A stretch of 64,000 nucleotides of DNA from Vicinamibacteria bacterium (GTDB lineage: Bacteria; Acidobacteriota; Vicinamibacteria; Vicinamibacterales; JAENWD01): the NCBI GenBank assembly GCA_963787035.1, contig CAWBBN010000015.1, forward strand, positions 430,306 through 494,305, given 5' to 3'. The position numbers and the translations under genes are program-made. Every line of letters starts with the position of its first letter. Within the stretch, counting starts at the first letter, position 1. This document shows, in pieces, positions 1 to 9,729 of the stretch. Below the pieces are notes generated by a model. That model searched no databases. It was not told the DNA's origin and worked only from the letters and a program-made list of their open reading frames with translations.

Positions 1-999
1 GCCGTTGCGGTAGTGCCCGGTTGCATAGACCAGGCCGTCGATTTGGGACGACCTGCCAATGATGGGTCGGTTGTCTGGCGTGCCTGGCCTGAGGCCAACG
101 CGCACGCCGGCGAACGTCGCCAGCGCGGCTGCGGGCAGCAGGCGCGGCGCCGCGTGGAGCAGCGACGCCACGCCGCCGAGAGTGGCCTGCTCCTCGAAGC
201 CAGCCTCCTCCACCGTCGCGCCGACGAGCAGCGTGCCGTCGTCCCAGGGCACGAGATAACAGCCAGGCCCCCACAGCGCCTGCGCGACCGGCACGGCTGC
301 GAGACCGAGCGACACGAGCTGTCCCCGGACGGGACGCACGGGAAGCGGCGGCACACCAGCCAGATCGATCTGCCCCGCCCAGCATCCCGCGGCGAGAACG
401 ACGTGCGGCGCGTCGAGGGGCCCGTCTGTCGTCTCGACGCGGACAGTGCCGTGACCCGGCGCAATCGCGCGCGCGCGACGCAGTGTCAGTCGCGCGCCTT
501 TGCGCTCGGCCGACAGCCACATCGCCTCGACGAGCTCGGGCACGTTCACCGCGCCGTGCGCGGGAATTTCCAGCGTCGCGATCGCCGGCGCGAGCCCGGG
601 CGTCCGCTCACGCGACTGCTCGCCGTCGCTCAGCGTGTGCGCGATGCCGTCGCGCGTGAGCGCCGCGGACTCCTGCGCCAGCGCGTCGGCCGCGTTCTCG
701 TCGAGCGCGAGCTCGATCGACCCGTTGCGTGAATAGCGGACGCTGTAGCCGTCGGCGCGAAGCCGCGCGACAAGGGCGTCATATCGCGCCAGGCTCCGCG
801 CGCCGAGCTCCTGCAGCACCGGATCATGGCGGCCCTCGGTGTACGGCGAGAGCATGCCGGCCGACGCCTGGCTGGCGCCAAGGCCAACCCCGCGCGGATC
901 CACGACCTCGACCTTCGCGCCCCGCCGCGTCAGCTCCTCGGCCACCGCGCATCCGATGACGCCGGCACCCAGCACGAGGACGTCAGCCACGAACGACAC
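1..999 (-). CDS. FAD-dependent glycine/D-amino-acid oxidase (ThiO-like); C-terminus runs off the window start
   Basis: Reverse-strand translation from a GTG near 999 reads MSFVADVLVLGAGVIGCAVAEEL (GxGxxG Rossmann) and ends near position 1 with ...VYATGHYRNG, the ThiO/DAO C-terminal signature. The full ORF is missing from the track because it uses a GTG start. Confidence 0.65.
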   Translation of the reverse strand, partial: MSFVADVLVLGAGVIGCAVAEELTRRGAKVEVVDPRGVGLGASQASAGMLSPYTEGRHDPVLQELGARSLARYDALVARLRADGYSVRYSRNGSIELALDENAADALAQESAALTRDGIAHTLSDGEQSRERTPGLAPAIATLEIPAHGAVNVPELVEAMWLSAERKGARLTLRRARAIAPGHGTVRVETTDGPLDAPHVVLAAGCWAGQIDLAGVPPLPVRPVRGQLVSLGLAAVPVAQALWGPGCYLVPWDDGTLLVGATVEEAGFEEQATLGGVASLLHAAPRLLPAAALATFAGVRVGLRPGTPDNRPIIGRSSQIDGLVYATGHYRNG

Positions 1000-1226
1000 C
1001 AGCCCGCATATCTCTTTGATTCTGGGCGCACGCTGCAACATTTGGCAACGCGCCGGGTCACCACGGAATGTGCCACCCTGCAGGTACAGCGCCCTGAGGA
1101 CAGGACAACGGCAGGGCTGATTTCGGCGCGGCCGGCTGTCCCGGGTGCGCCGTTCCGCCGAGAAAGTCATGCGAAGGGGCAGGCACGGCCCTTGCTGTTT
1201 CCCTCGTCTGCAAGGAGTCTGAAGGA

Positions 1227-2279
1227 ATGCTCAGCAACAAGGTGGCCGTCGGGTTGATTGCGCTGGTCGCCCTGGGCGGGGCCGCGGGCGCGGGGACGTA
1301 TCTGGCCTCCCGCCAGCCAGTCCCAGCCGGCGAAACCCAGCCGCCGTCACTCCGCCCTCCACCACTCCGTCGGCGAACGGAGCGGTCGAGGCCACCGAAG
1401 CGGTGATGGACGACAAGGACGCGGGGACGAAACCGGCCTCGGCGCCGGCCCCGTCGGCGCCTGCTCCCGCCGTGCCTGCGCAAGCGCCTGCGGTTGCCCC
1501 GCACGCGGCTCCCGCGCCGAAGACCCGGCACCCGGAGTCCGTTCCCGTCGTGCAGGCGAAGCCTGCGACGCCGGTGAAGGCGCCGGCCACGGCGTCGGTC
1601 CCGCCTGTGGCTGAGACACGGACCGCACAGGCGCAGCAGCCGTCCACGGCGCCGACCGCGCCGCCTTCAATCGCAGGCGCATCCGGAACCGGAGTCGACG
1701 TCCGCCCGCGCGGATCGGCCGCAGGTCGAAGACCAGCCGCCTGCGCCGCAGTTCTTCGAGGTCACCGTCCCGTCCGACTCGGTGGTCGGCCTGCAGTTCG
1801 ACACGTCGCTCTCGAGCGAGTCGGCTCGCATCGAAGATCGCGTCGTCGCGCACGTCACGCGCGACGTGCGCGCGGATGGCCGGATCGCGATTCCCGCCGG
1901 CTCGAAAGTGATCGGGGCCGTGAGTCTCGTCGATCGCGGCGGACGCGTGAAGGAGCAGGCCCGGCTTGGCGTCCGCTTCCACACGATCATCCTCGCGGAC
2001 GGGACGGAGCTGCCGCTGCAGACCGAGACGATCTATCGCGAAGGCGAGTCGCCGACCAACGCAAGCGCCGCGAAAGTCGGTGGCGGCGCGATCGGCGGCG
2101 CGATTCTCGGCGCGATCCTCGGCGGCGGCAAGGGCGCGGCGATCGGCGGCGCCATCGGCGCGGCCGGCGGCAGCGCCGCTGTGATGGCCGGTGGCCGCAA
2201 GGCCGCGCAGATCGCGGCAGGCTCTCCGGTGACCGTGAAAGTGCTTTCGCCGGTGACGGTCACGGTCGAGCGCGAATAG
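1227..2279 (+). CDS. Membrane-anchored Pro/Ala-rich protein with a C-terminal glycine-zipper domain; reading frame interrupted (frame 0 → +2 → 0)
   Basis: AAGGAG-like RBS before the ATG at 1227. N-terminal TM segment MLSNKVAVGLIALVALGGAAG. Pro/Ala-rich linker readable in frame +2 (ORF 1403..). C-terminal ORF 1782..2279 carries GGGAIGGAILGAILGGGKGAAIGGAIGAAGG, a glycine zipper. There is an in-frame TGA at 1405. Confidence 0.45.
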
Positions 2280-2334
2280 ATCAGGTCAGGGGCCAGGGGT
2301 CAGGGGCCAGGGCGAGCGCGCTAAGATCGCGCCG

Positions 2335-3780
2335 ATGAGCCAACGGCCCCTCGGCGACATGGACCCCGAGGCCTTCCGCCAGGAAGGCCACCGCATCGTC
2401 GACTGGCTCGCCGACTACCTCGCGGCTCCCGAACAGCATCCCGTCCTCTCGCGATCGAAGCCCGGCGATCTCGTGCGCGCGCTGCCGGCGGCGGCGCCGG
2501 AAGACGGCGAGCCGTTCGAGGCCATCTTCGCGGACTTCGAGCAGCACGTCGTCCCCGGCCTCACACACTGGAACCATCCCGGTTTCTTCGCGTACTTCGC
2601 GATCAGCGCGAGCGGCCCCGGCATCCTCGCGGAGATGCTCAGCGCCGGCCTCAACGTGCAGGCGATGCTGTGGCGGACGTCGCCGGCCGCCACCGAGCTC
2701 GAGCAGGTCACGCTGCGATGGCTGGCGCGGCTGATGGAGCTGCCGTCGACGTTCGAGGGCGTCATCTACGACACCGCCTCGATCTCGACGCTGCACGCGC
2801 TGGCAGCGGCACGCGAAGTGGTCGTGCCCGACGTGCGCGCTCGAGGGATGCTCGCGCGGCCGGACCTCCCCGGCGTCCGCGTCTACTGCACGGAGCATGC
2901 GCACTCGTCCATCGACAAGGCCGTGCTGCTGCTCGGATTGGGGCAGCAGGCCATCCATCGAATTCCCGCGGACCACTATCACGCGATGCGCGCCGACCAC
3001 CTCGCCGAGGCGATCGCCGCCGATCGTCGCGCTGGGTTCCGTCCGCTCGCCGTCATCGCGACGGTCGGCACCACGTCATCCACCGCCGTCGATCCTGTCA
3101 ACGCCATCGCCGAGATCTGCGAGGCCGAAGGCGTCTGGCTGCACGTGGACGCTGCCTACGCCGGCGTGATGGCGATGGTGCCTGCCTGGCGCGAGTCGTT
3201 CGCGGGCATGGAGCGTGCGGACTCGATCGTCGTGAATCCGCACAAGTGGCTCTTCACGCCGTTCGATCTGAGCGTGCTCTTCTGCCGCCGGATGGACGTG
3301 CTGCGGCAGGCGTTCTCGCTTGTCGCGGAGTATCTGCGCACGACGGATCCGTCGGCGGTGAAGAACCTGATGGACACCGGCATCCAGCTCGGACGCCGCT
3401 TCCGCGCTCTGAAACTGTGGATGGTCCTCCGCTACTTCGGCGCTGGAGGCATCCGCGCCCGGCTCGAGGCGCACGTCCATCTCGCTCGGACGTTCGCCTC
3501 GTGGATCGACGACGCCCCTGGCTGGGAGCGCCTCGCGCCGGTGCCGTTCAGCGTCGTCTGCTTCCGCCATCACCCTGCCGGTGTCGACGACGAGGAGACG
3601 CTGGAGCGCGTCAACGCGGCGATTCTGGAGCGCGTGAACCAGTCGGGCGAGGTGTTCCTCTCGCACACGAAGCTTGACGGCCGCTACACGCTGCGGCTTG
3701 CGATCGGCAACATCAAGACCGAGGAACGCCATGTCCGGCGCGCCTGGGAGCTGCTGAGCTCGGCGGCAAGAACCGCGTAA
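2335..3780 (+). CDS. PLP-dependent aromatic-L-amino-acid (group II) decarboxylase
   Basis: 481-aa intact ORF. Contains the NPHKW PLP-lysine motif (…SIVVNPHKWLFTPFDLS…) and overall DOPA/tyrosine-decarboxylase family similarity. Confidence 0.85.
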   Translation: MSQRPLGDMDPEAFRQEGHRIVDWLADYLAAPEQHPVLSRSKPGDLVRALPAAAPEDGEPFEAIFADFEQHVVPGLTHWNHPGFFAYFAISASGPGILAEMLSAGLNVQAMLWRTSPAATELEQVTLRWLARLMELPSTFEGVIYDTASISTLHALAAAREVVVPDVRARGMLARPDLPGVRVYCTEHAHSSIDKAVLLLGLGQQAIHRIPADHYHAMRADHLAEAIAADRRAGFRPLAVIATVGTTSSTAVDPVNAIAEICEAEGVWLHVDAAYAGVMAMVPAWRESFAGMERADSIVVNPHKWLFTPFDLSVLFCRRMDVLRQAFSLVAEYLRTTDPSAVKNLMDTGIQLGRRFRALKLWMVLRYFGAGGIRARLEAHVHLARTFASWIDDAPGWERLAPVPFSVVCFRHHPAGVDDEETLERVNAAILERVNQSGEVFLSHTKLDGRYTLRLAIGNIKTEERHVRRAWELLSSAARTA

Positions 3781-3800
3781 GATTTTCTTCGTGCGTACCG

Positions 3801-3828
3801 CTGAGGCCGGCCCTTCGGCCTCAGTTTG
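3801..3828 (+). terminator. Rho-independent terminator after the decarboxylase gene
   Basis: Hairpin CTGAGGCCGG-CCC-TTCGGCCTCAG followed by TTTG. Confidence 0.55.
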
Positions 3829-3939
3829 CGCCGATTTCGACGGCGTCACCAGTGGCCGGGCCGCGCGGGCGGGCCGCGCGGAATCTGGCACGCGGGTTGA
3901 ACTGACCCGGGCTGGTTCAGTCCTCTCAGGAGACCCCAG

Positions 3940-4494
3940 ATGAGACGACTTGCAGCAGGCGTGATGGTTCTCGGTGCCCTGGTCGCGACGCCTTCGATAG
4001 CGCGCGCCGACGGCTTCATCGCGCCATTCGTCGGCATCAACTTCGGCGGCGACACCACGAAGAACAGCACGCCGTTCGGCGGCAGCCTCGGGTTCATCGG
4101 CCATACGGCCGGCGTCGAGGTGGACTTCGGCTACACGCCCAGCTTCTTCGGCGACACCGCCACAGTTCACGTGGACGACGGCAAGGTCGCGACGGTCATG
4201 GGAAACATCCTGATCGGCGGACGTCACCACGGCGCGTCGCCGTACATCGCGCTCGGCGCCGGGCTGATTCGCACCAACATCGACGCTGTGCAGGATGCCA
4301 TCGACATCCACGAGACGAAGAACAACTGGGGCGGGAACATCGGCGGCGGGGTGTTCATCGGCAGCGGGCCCGTGACGTTCCGCGGCGACATCCGCTACTT
4401 CAAGTCGTTCGACACGTCGGGAGACTTCCCCGAGATCACCGGCGAGAAGCTGGGGTTCTGGCGCGCGACGGTGGGCGTCGGCTTCATGTGGTAG
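3940..4494 (+). CDS. Outer-membrane beta-barrel protein (OmpA-like/OmpW-like porin family)
   Basis: AGGAGA RBS. Signal peptide MRRLAAGVMVLGALVATPSIARA. Alternating hydrophobic beta-strand pattern. C-terminal ...GVGFMW aromatic terminus. Confidence 0.65.
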   Translation: MRRLAAGVMVLGALVATPSIARADGFIAPFVGINFGGDTTKNSTPFGGSLGFIGHTAGVEVDFGYTPSFFGDTATVHVDDGKVATVMGNILIGGRHHGASPYIALGAGLIRTNIDAVQDAIDIHETKNNWGGNIGGGVFIGSGPVTFRGDIRYFKSFDTSGDFPEITGEKLGFWRATVGVGFMW

Positions 4495-4921
4495 CTTCGC
4501 GCCAGCGCTCGACCCACTTTCCATCCACTCGCTCGAGAGCCACGGCGCCGTGCTGCGGAAACGCGGCATCGGCGCCAGTCAGCTCCGTCAGCAATCCCGG
4601 CAGCAACGGATAGTGGCTGACGACCATCAGGTCGTCGGTCTCCGCCCCGAGCACGTCCGCCAGGTTTTCCGGATCGTCATCCGGCTGCAGCCCGCGTTGC
4701 GCGGCAAACGTCGCCGCGGGATTCACGGCGTGCCAGTAGATCTCCGCCGTCTCGCGCGCGCGCAGCTTGCCGCTGTGCCACACCGCGACCGGCCTGACGC
4801 CGTGCGTCGCGACACGCGACGACACCGACGCGGCCTGCTGGCGTCCGAGCTCCGACAGCGGACGCGTGGCATCGACGATGCCGGTGACGGCATCGGCGTG
4901 GTGGACAAGGATGAGTAACAT
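4484..4921 (-). CDS. sixA: Phosphohistidine phosphatase SixA (histidine phosphatase superfamily)
   Basis: N-terminus MLLILVHHADA (RHG-type catalytic His motif). ~145 aa, which is the typical SixA length. Confidence 0.7.
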   Translation of the reverse strand: MLLILVHHADAVTGIVDATRPLSELGRQQAASVSSRVATHGVRPVAVWHSGKLRARETAEIYWHAVNPAATFAAQRGLQPDDDPENLADVLGAETDDLMVVSHYPLLPGLLTELTGADAAFPQHGAVALERVDGKWVERWREATT

Positions 4922-4926
4922 CGCGC

Positions 4927-6230
4927 TTATGACTGCGGCTTGCGGCCGTCGAGCTCCTCGTCGAACAGCCCGCGAATCTCCGGCGCCTGCACCTCGCGCG
5001 TGGCCTTCTCGACGACCTGCACTTCGGGGATGTCGTCCCCGTGCGCAGCGCCGAGCTCACGGAAACGTCGCGCCGTGACGAGGACGCGCGTTTCGAGCGA
5101 GGCGACAGATCGATTGTAGGCCTCTACGGCCTTGTCGAGCCCGCGCTTCACGTCGTCATAGTGGGTCGCCAGCACGAGCAGACGATCGTAGAGCTGCCTG
5201 CCGAGCTCGCTGATTTCCTGCGCGTTGGCCTGGATCCGCTCCTGGCGCCAGCCGTAGGAGACCGCTTTCAGCAGCGCGATGAGCGTGGTCGGGCTGGCCA
5301 GGATGACGCGGTTCGACATCCCGTGCTCGAGCAGCAGCGGGATCCTGCGTGAGGGCGGCGCTGAACAGCGCCTCGCCCGGCAGGAACATGATCACGAACT
5401 CGGGCGTGTCGTCGAACTGGCTCCAGTACGCCTTGCTGCCGAGCCGGGTCAGGTGATCGCGCACCTGCCGCGCGTGGTCGGCGAGCGAGCGCAGCGCGCT
5501 CGGCCTCGTCCTCCGATTCGATCGCGTCGAAGTACGCCGCCAGCGGCGTCTTGGCGTCCACGATGACGCGCTTGTTGCCGGGGAGGCGGACCATGAGATC
5601 GGGCCGCATGCGGACGTCGTCCACCGTGAAGGTTTCCTGCTCGACGAAGTCGGTGTGCTCGACCATCCCGGCCAGCTCGACGACCTGGCGGAGCTGCACC
5701 TCGCCCCAGTGCCCGCGGACGTGCGGCTGGCGCAGCGCCTTCACCAGGCGGCCGGTTTCGCCTTGCAGCGTGGAGAGCCCGGTGCCGAGCGCGCGCAGCT
5801 GCTCGGCCAGCGTCGCGGAGGTCGACACGCGATCCTTCTCGACGTCGATCATCCGGGCGTCGACGGCCTTCAGCGTCTCCGCGATCGGGCGGACCATCTC
5901 CGAGATCGACTGCTCGCGCTGCTTGAGGTCCCCCGTCGCGCGCTCGTGGAACTTCTCGAGCGTTGAGGTCGCGAGGGTGACCACGGATTCCGTGTTCGCC
6001 TGCAGCGCTTCGGCCGCCGTGGACCTGAAGACGTCGCGGAGCTGCTGCTCGGCGCGATCGAGCAGCGTCTGCCTGTCGTTGGCCGCTTCGAGGCGCGCTT
6101 CGGCCGCGGCCGCGCGTGCCGCCGCGGCCGCCGTCGCCTCAGCGACCTTGCGACCTTCCTGCTGCCGGACGACGAGCCAGGTTAGAAACCCGCCGGCCGC
6201 AAACGCGAGCAGCAGCTCGAGAAGTTGCAC
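4927..6230 (-). CDS. rmuC: DNA recombination protein RmuC; at least two apparent frameshifts
   Basis: Three overlapping minus-strand ORFs (5268-6230, 5156-5464, 4927-5319) together read an N-terminal TM plus coiled coil, then ...[17 protein letters not shown]..., ...[28 protein letters not shown]... and ...[23 protein letters not shown].... Each joins RmuC family sequence in a different frame. Confidence 0.7.
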
Positions 6231-6279
6231 GAGAGCGATCTGTACAGGCGCTGCGAGACAGGATGGGACGCAGAACTGT

Positions 6280-6326
6280 CAGTGCTGCGGTGCTGCGGTG
6301 CTGAGTGCTGCGTGCTGAAGTGCGGA
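6280..6326. repeat. (GTGCTGCG)n octamer array
   Basis: CAGTGCTGCGGTGCTGCGGTGCTGAGTGCTGCGTGCTGAAGTGCGG. The reverse-complement array (GCACTGCR)n occurs at 29111-29142. Confidence 0.55.
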
Positions 6327-6405
6327 GCGGAGGCGGGTTGGACAGGTTGGATCCGCCGAAGCGGCGTGAGCCGCGAAAGCGGGCCCAACCTGACCTGAGC
6401 GGCGG

Positions 6406-6762
6406 CTACGAGCCGGCTTTCAGCGACGTGACGTTGATCGTCTTCACGCCGTCCTTCTCGGTGACTTCGCCGGTAGCCTCGACGTTCTTCGCGACGAAGT
6501 CGAGGAGCTTGGCGTTCTTGTCGTTCGTGTAGTCACCGGTGATCGTGTACACGCCGTCCGAGGTCATGATGCCCATTGCCGCGCCGCGCTTGGCACAGCT
6601 CAGCGCGCAGTCAGCGTGACTGGCGCCGACGTTTTCGGCCTTCTTCGTGTGACACATCACGTCGATGACTTCGCCCTTGACCGTCTTGGGCTCGGCACGG
6701 AGGGACACTCCGAGCGCGGCGACCATGGCGACGGCGGAAAGGGTTGCGAGCACCTTGCGCAT
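6406..6762 (-). CDS. Small secreted Cys-motif protein (hypothetical)
   Basis: Signal peptide MRKVLATLSAVAMVAALGVSLRA. Motif C-x13-C-x3-C (CHTKK…HADCALSCAKRG). No family recognised. Confidence 0.45.
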   Translation of the reverse strand: MRKVLATLSAVAMVAALGVSLRAEPKTVKGEVIDVMCHTKKAENVGASHADCALSCAKRGAAMGIMTSDGVYTITGDYTNDKNAKLLDFVAKNVEATGEVTEKDGVKTINVTSLKAGS

Positions 6763-6908
6763 GATTAGGTCCTCCAAACGTTGGGGGAGAGCGGGTCGTG
6801 ATTATACACTTTGGCCCGTTGGCCCGCCCCACCGGTCAACCCCATAAACGTCCGGCGCGCTGGCCTCGGATTCCGGGGCGTCCCGTGCCGGTCCAGGAGC
6901 CGCCGATT

Positions 6909-8272
6909 CATGTTCCGTCGCCTGTCGAGGCCCCTCGAGGCCGCTTTCCTGCTCATCCTGGCCCTGGCGTCGCCGGCGGGGCTGGCCGCCCGGACTGCCT
7001 CCGGCCGGCGAGCCCGTCATCGCCATCACCCACGCCACGATCCTGACGGTCACCAACGGGGTCATCGCCGACGGCACCGTCCTCATCCGTGGCGGACGAA
7101 TCGCCGAGGTGGGCCGGAACGTGACCGTCCCGTCCGGCGCCGAGGTCATCGACGCCACCGGCCGTTTCGTCTCGCCGGGCATCATCGACTGCCACTCGCA
7201 CATCGCCGCCGACTCGATCAACGAGGGCGGCACGACCGTCAGCTCGATGACCGGGATCGAGGACGTCTTCAACCCGACCGACATCGACATCTACCGCGAC
7301 CTCGCCGGCGGCCTGACGACCGCCAACGTGCTGCACGGCAGCGCGAACCCGATCGGCGGGAAGAACTACGTGATCAAGCTGCGCTGGGGCAAGCCGCACG
7401 CCGAGGACTTCAAGTTCGAGGGCGCGATGCCGGGCATCAAGTTCGCCCTCGGCGAGAACCCGAAGGACATGCGGCAGTTCGGCCAGCAGGGGCCGCGGCG
7501 GTACCCGAGCAGCCGGCTCGGCGTCGAGTACGTCATCCGCGACGCGTTCACGCGCGCGAAGGCGTACCAGGCGGCGTGGAAGGCGTACGACGCGAAGAAG
7601 AAGACCGCCGAGGGCGTGCTGCCGCCGCGCCGCGACCTGCAGCTCGAGCCGCTGGTCGAAGTGCTCGAGGGCAAGCGGCTCGTGCACGCGCACTGCTATC
7701 GCTCGGACGAAATCCTGATGCTGCTCCGGCTCGCCGACGAGATGGGCTTCAAGGTGGCGACGCTGCAGCACGCGCTCGAGGCGTATCGCGTCGCGCCGGA
7801 GATCAAGGCGCATGGCGCGGGCGTCTCGACGTTCGCGGACTGGTGGGGCTACAAGGTCGAGGCGAGCGGCGCGACGCCCTGGAATGCGGCCATGTGCCTG
7901 CGCCGCGGCATCGTCGTGTCGATCAACTCCGACAGCGCGGAGCACGCGCGGCGGCTGAACACCGAGGCCGCGAAGATGATCAAGTACGGCGGCCTCACCG
8001 AAGACGAGGCGCTGGCGCTGGTGACGATCAACCCGGCGAAGCAGCTGCGCATCGACAACCGCGTCGGGATCGATCGAGGTCGGCAAGGACGCCGACGTCG
8101 TCATCTGGAATCACCATCCGCTCAGCAGCTACGCGCTGGCGGATCGCGTCTACATCGACGGCACGCTCTACTACGACCGGTCGAAAGAAGACCAGCGCGT
8201 CACGGATCTGAAGACGAAGAAGGACGCGCTGCTGAAGGCGGAGAAGGAGGCGGCGGAGAAGGCGAAGGCTGA
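6909..8272 (+). CDS. Amidohydrolase-family protein A (secreted); frame switches near 7000 and 8065
   Basis: Signal peptide MFRRLSRPLEAAFLLILALASPAGLAA in frame 1. Frame-2 core has GIIDCHSHIA (metal-binding HxH) and ...VHAHCYR.... The C-terminal VIWNHHPLSSYALADRVYIDGTLYYD reads in frame 0. Confidence 0.65.
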
Positions 8273-8388
8273 GAAGGCGGACAAGGGCGACAAGCAAGGG
8301 CCCGAAGGCCCCGCCGGCGAGCGCCAGCGAGCCGGCCCCTGCCGCGGAGCGCAGCGACGCGGCCCCCGCCCGAGCGGAGCGAGGGCCC

Positions 8389-9639
8389 ATGCCGGCGAGC
8401 GCCAGCGAGCCGGCCCCGTTCACATCACCAACGACTGCGCCAGCCATCGCCATCACCAACGCGCGGATCGTGCCCGTGACGTCCCCCGTGATCGAGAAAG
8501 GCACCATCGTCATCAAGGGCGGCCGCATCGTCGCGCTCGGGCCCGATGTGGCGGTGCCCGCAGGCGCCGAGGTCATCGACGCCGCGGGCAGCGAGGTCTA
8601 TCCGGGCTGGATCGAGCCGGCCACGTCGCTCGGGCTCGACGAGCCGGGCCCGCGTGGATTCCAGGACACGTCCGAGCAGACGCCGCTCAACCCGGAGCTG
8701 CGCACGCGCGTCGCGTTCCACGTCGAAAGCGACGGCATCCCCGTCGCGCGATCGAACGGCGTCACGACCGTCGGCGTCGCGCCCGACGGCGGCATCCTCG
8801 GCGGCGAGGTCGCGGTCATGAATCTCGACGGCTGGACCTGGGAGCAGGCCACGCTGCGCAAGTCCGCCGGCATCTCGATGCAGTTCCCGCCGGTGCGCCC
8901 GCCGCGGCGCTTCGGGGCGCCGCCCGCGCGCGACGAGTCCTACGACGACCTGAAGAAGGCGCGCGACAAGAAGCTCGACGACGTCGTCGCGTTGCTGGAG
9001 CGCGCGCGTGCGTACTCGGCAATGCCCCCGGCGTCGCGGCCCACGGATTGGGTGCTGGAATCGCTCGTGCCCGTGATCGACGGCGCCGCGCCGGTCTTCG
9101 TCGGCGCTGATTCCGAGGCCGACATCAAGGACGCGGTCGCGTTCGCGGATCGCGCGAAGATCCGCATCGTCATCGTCGGCGGCGCCGAGTCGCCGCTGGT
9201 CGCGTCGCTGCTGAAACAGAAGAACATCCCGGTCGTCTTCGGCCCGGTGCAGGACCTGCCGACGCGGCCGGATTTCCATCAGGCGGACCGCTACCGCGCC
9301 GCGGCCGCGCTGGCCGACGCGGGCGTGAAGTTCGCGTTCACGATGGGCGGCGACGAGACGTTCGAGCGTGACCTGCCCTATCAGGCGGCCGAATCGATCG
9401 CGTGGGGGCTGAGCCGGGACGCGGCGCTGCGCGCGCTGACCATCGACGCGGCCGCGATTCTGGGCGTCGACAAGGAGGTCGGCAGCCTCGAGCCGGGCAA
9501 GCTCGCGAATCTGTTCATCGCCAGGGGCGATCCCCTCGAGGTCCGCACCGAAGTGACCGAGGTGATCATCGCGGGCCGCCGCGTGGGCGTGGACAACATC
9601 CACCGGCAGTTCTACGAGAAGTGGTCGAAGAGGCCGTGA
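8389..9639 (+). CDS. Amidohydrolase-family protein B (no signal peptide; possibly a second domain fused to A through a Lys/Glu/Ala linker)
   Basis: 416-aa ORF. ...AITNARIVPVTSPVIEKGTIVIKGGRIVALG... parallels the N-terminal beta-sandwich of A and C. C-terminal ...GKLANLFIARGDPL.... Frames stay open between A and B. Confidence 0.6.
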   Translation: MPASASEPAPFTSPTTAPAIAITNARIVPVTSPVIEKGTIVIKGGRIVALGPDVAVPAGAEVIDAAGSEVYPGWIEPATSLGLDEPGPRGFQDTSEQTPLNPELRTRVAFHVESDGIPVARSNGVTTVGVAPDGGILGGEVAVMNLDGWTWEQATLRKSAGISMQFPPVRPPRRFGAPPARDESYDDLKKARDKKLDDVVALLERARAYSAMPPASRPTDWVLESLVPVIDGAAPVFVGADSEADIKDAVAFADRAKIRIVIVGGAESPLVASLLKQKNIPVVFGPVQDLPTRPDFHQADRYRAAAALADAGVKFAFTMGGDETFERDLPYQAAESIAWGLSRDAALRALTIDAAAILGVDKEVGSLEPGKLANLFIARGDPLEVRTEVTEVIIAGRRVGVDNIHRQFYEKWSKRP

Positions 9640-9640
9640 A

Positions 9641-9698
9641 GGTTTATGGGTCATGGGGCCGTGGGTTCATGGGTCGTAGGGCGGGACTCAGTCCCGCC
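9641..9698. repeat. GGGTCATGGG-type tandem repeats plus a terminator-like hairpin after amidohydrolase B
   Basis: GGTTTATGGGTCATGGGGCCGTGGGTTCATGGGTCGTAGGGCGGGACTCAGTCCCGCC. Confidence 0.5.
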
Positions 9699-9729
9699 AT
9701 GTGTGCGGGCCTTCAGGCCTGCCAGCGTC

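Noticed and set aside
3076-4569. 497-aa minus-strand ORF antisense to the decarboxylase and OMP genes
   Set aside because: It has Arg/Ala/Gly-rich low-complexity composition typical of out-of-frame translation in 70% GC DNA, with no motif. The opposite-strand genes have clear family signatures.
4927-6230. Treating rmuC, hisG, hisC, modA and the others as true pseudogenes
   Set aside because: There are too many simultaneous disruptions in essential biosynthetic genes while their neighbours stay intact, and the frames stay open after each switch. Assembly indels are the more parsimonious explanation.
6811-8211. 466-aa ORF in frame 1 spanning amidohydrolase A
   Set aside because: Only its first ~60 codons (the signal peptide) are real. 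The remainder is an out-of-frame reading of the amidohydrolase, i.e. a product of the frame switch at ~7000.
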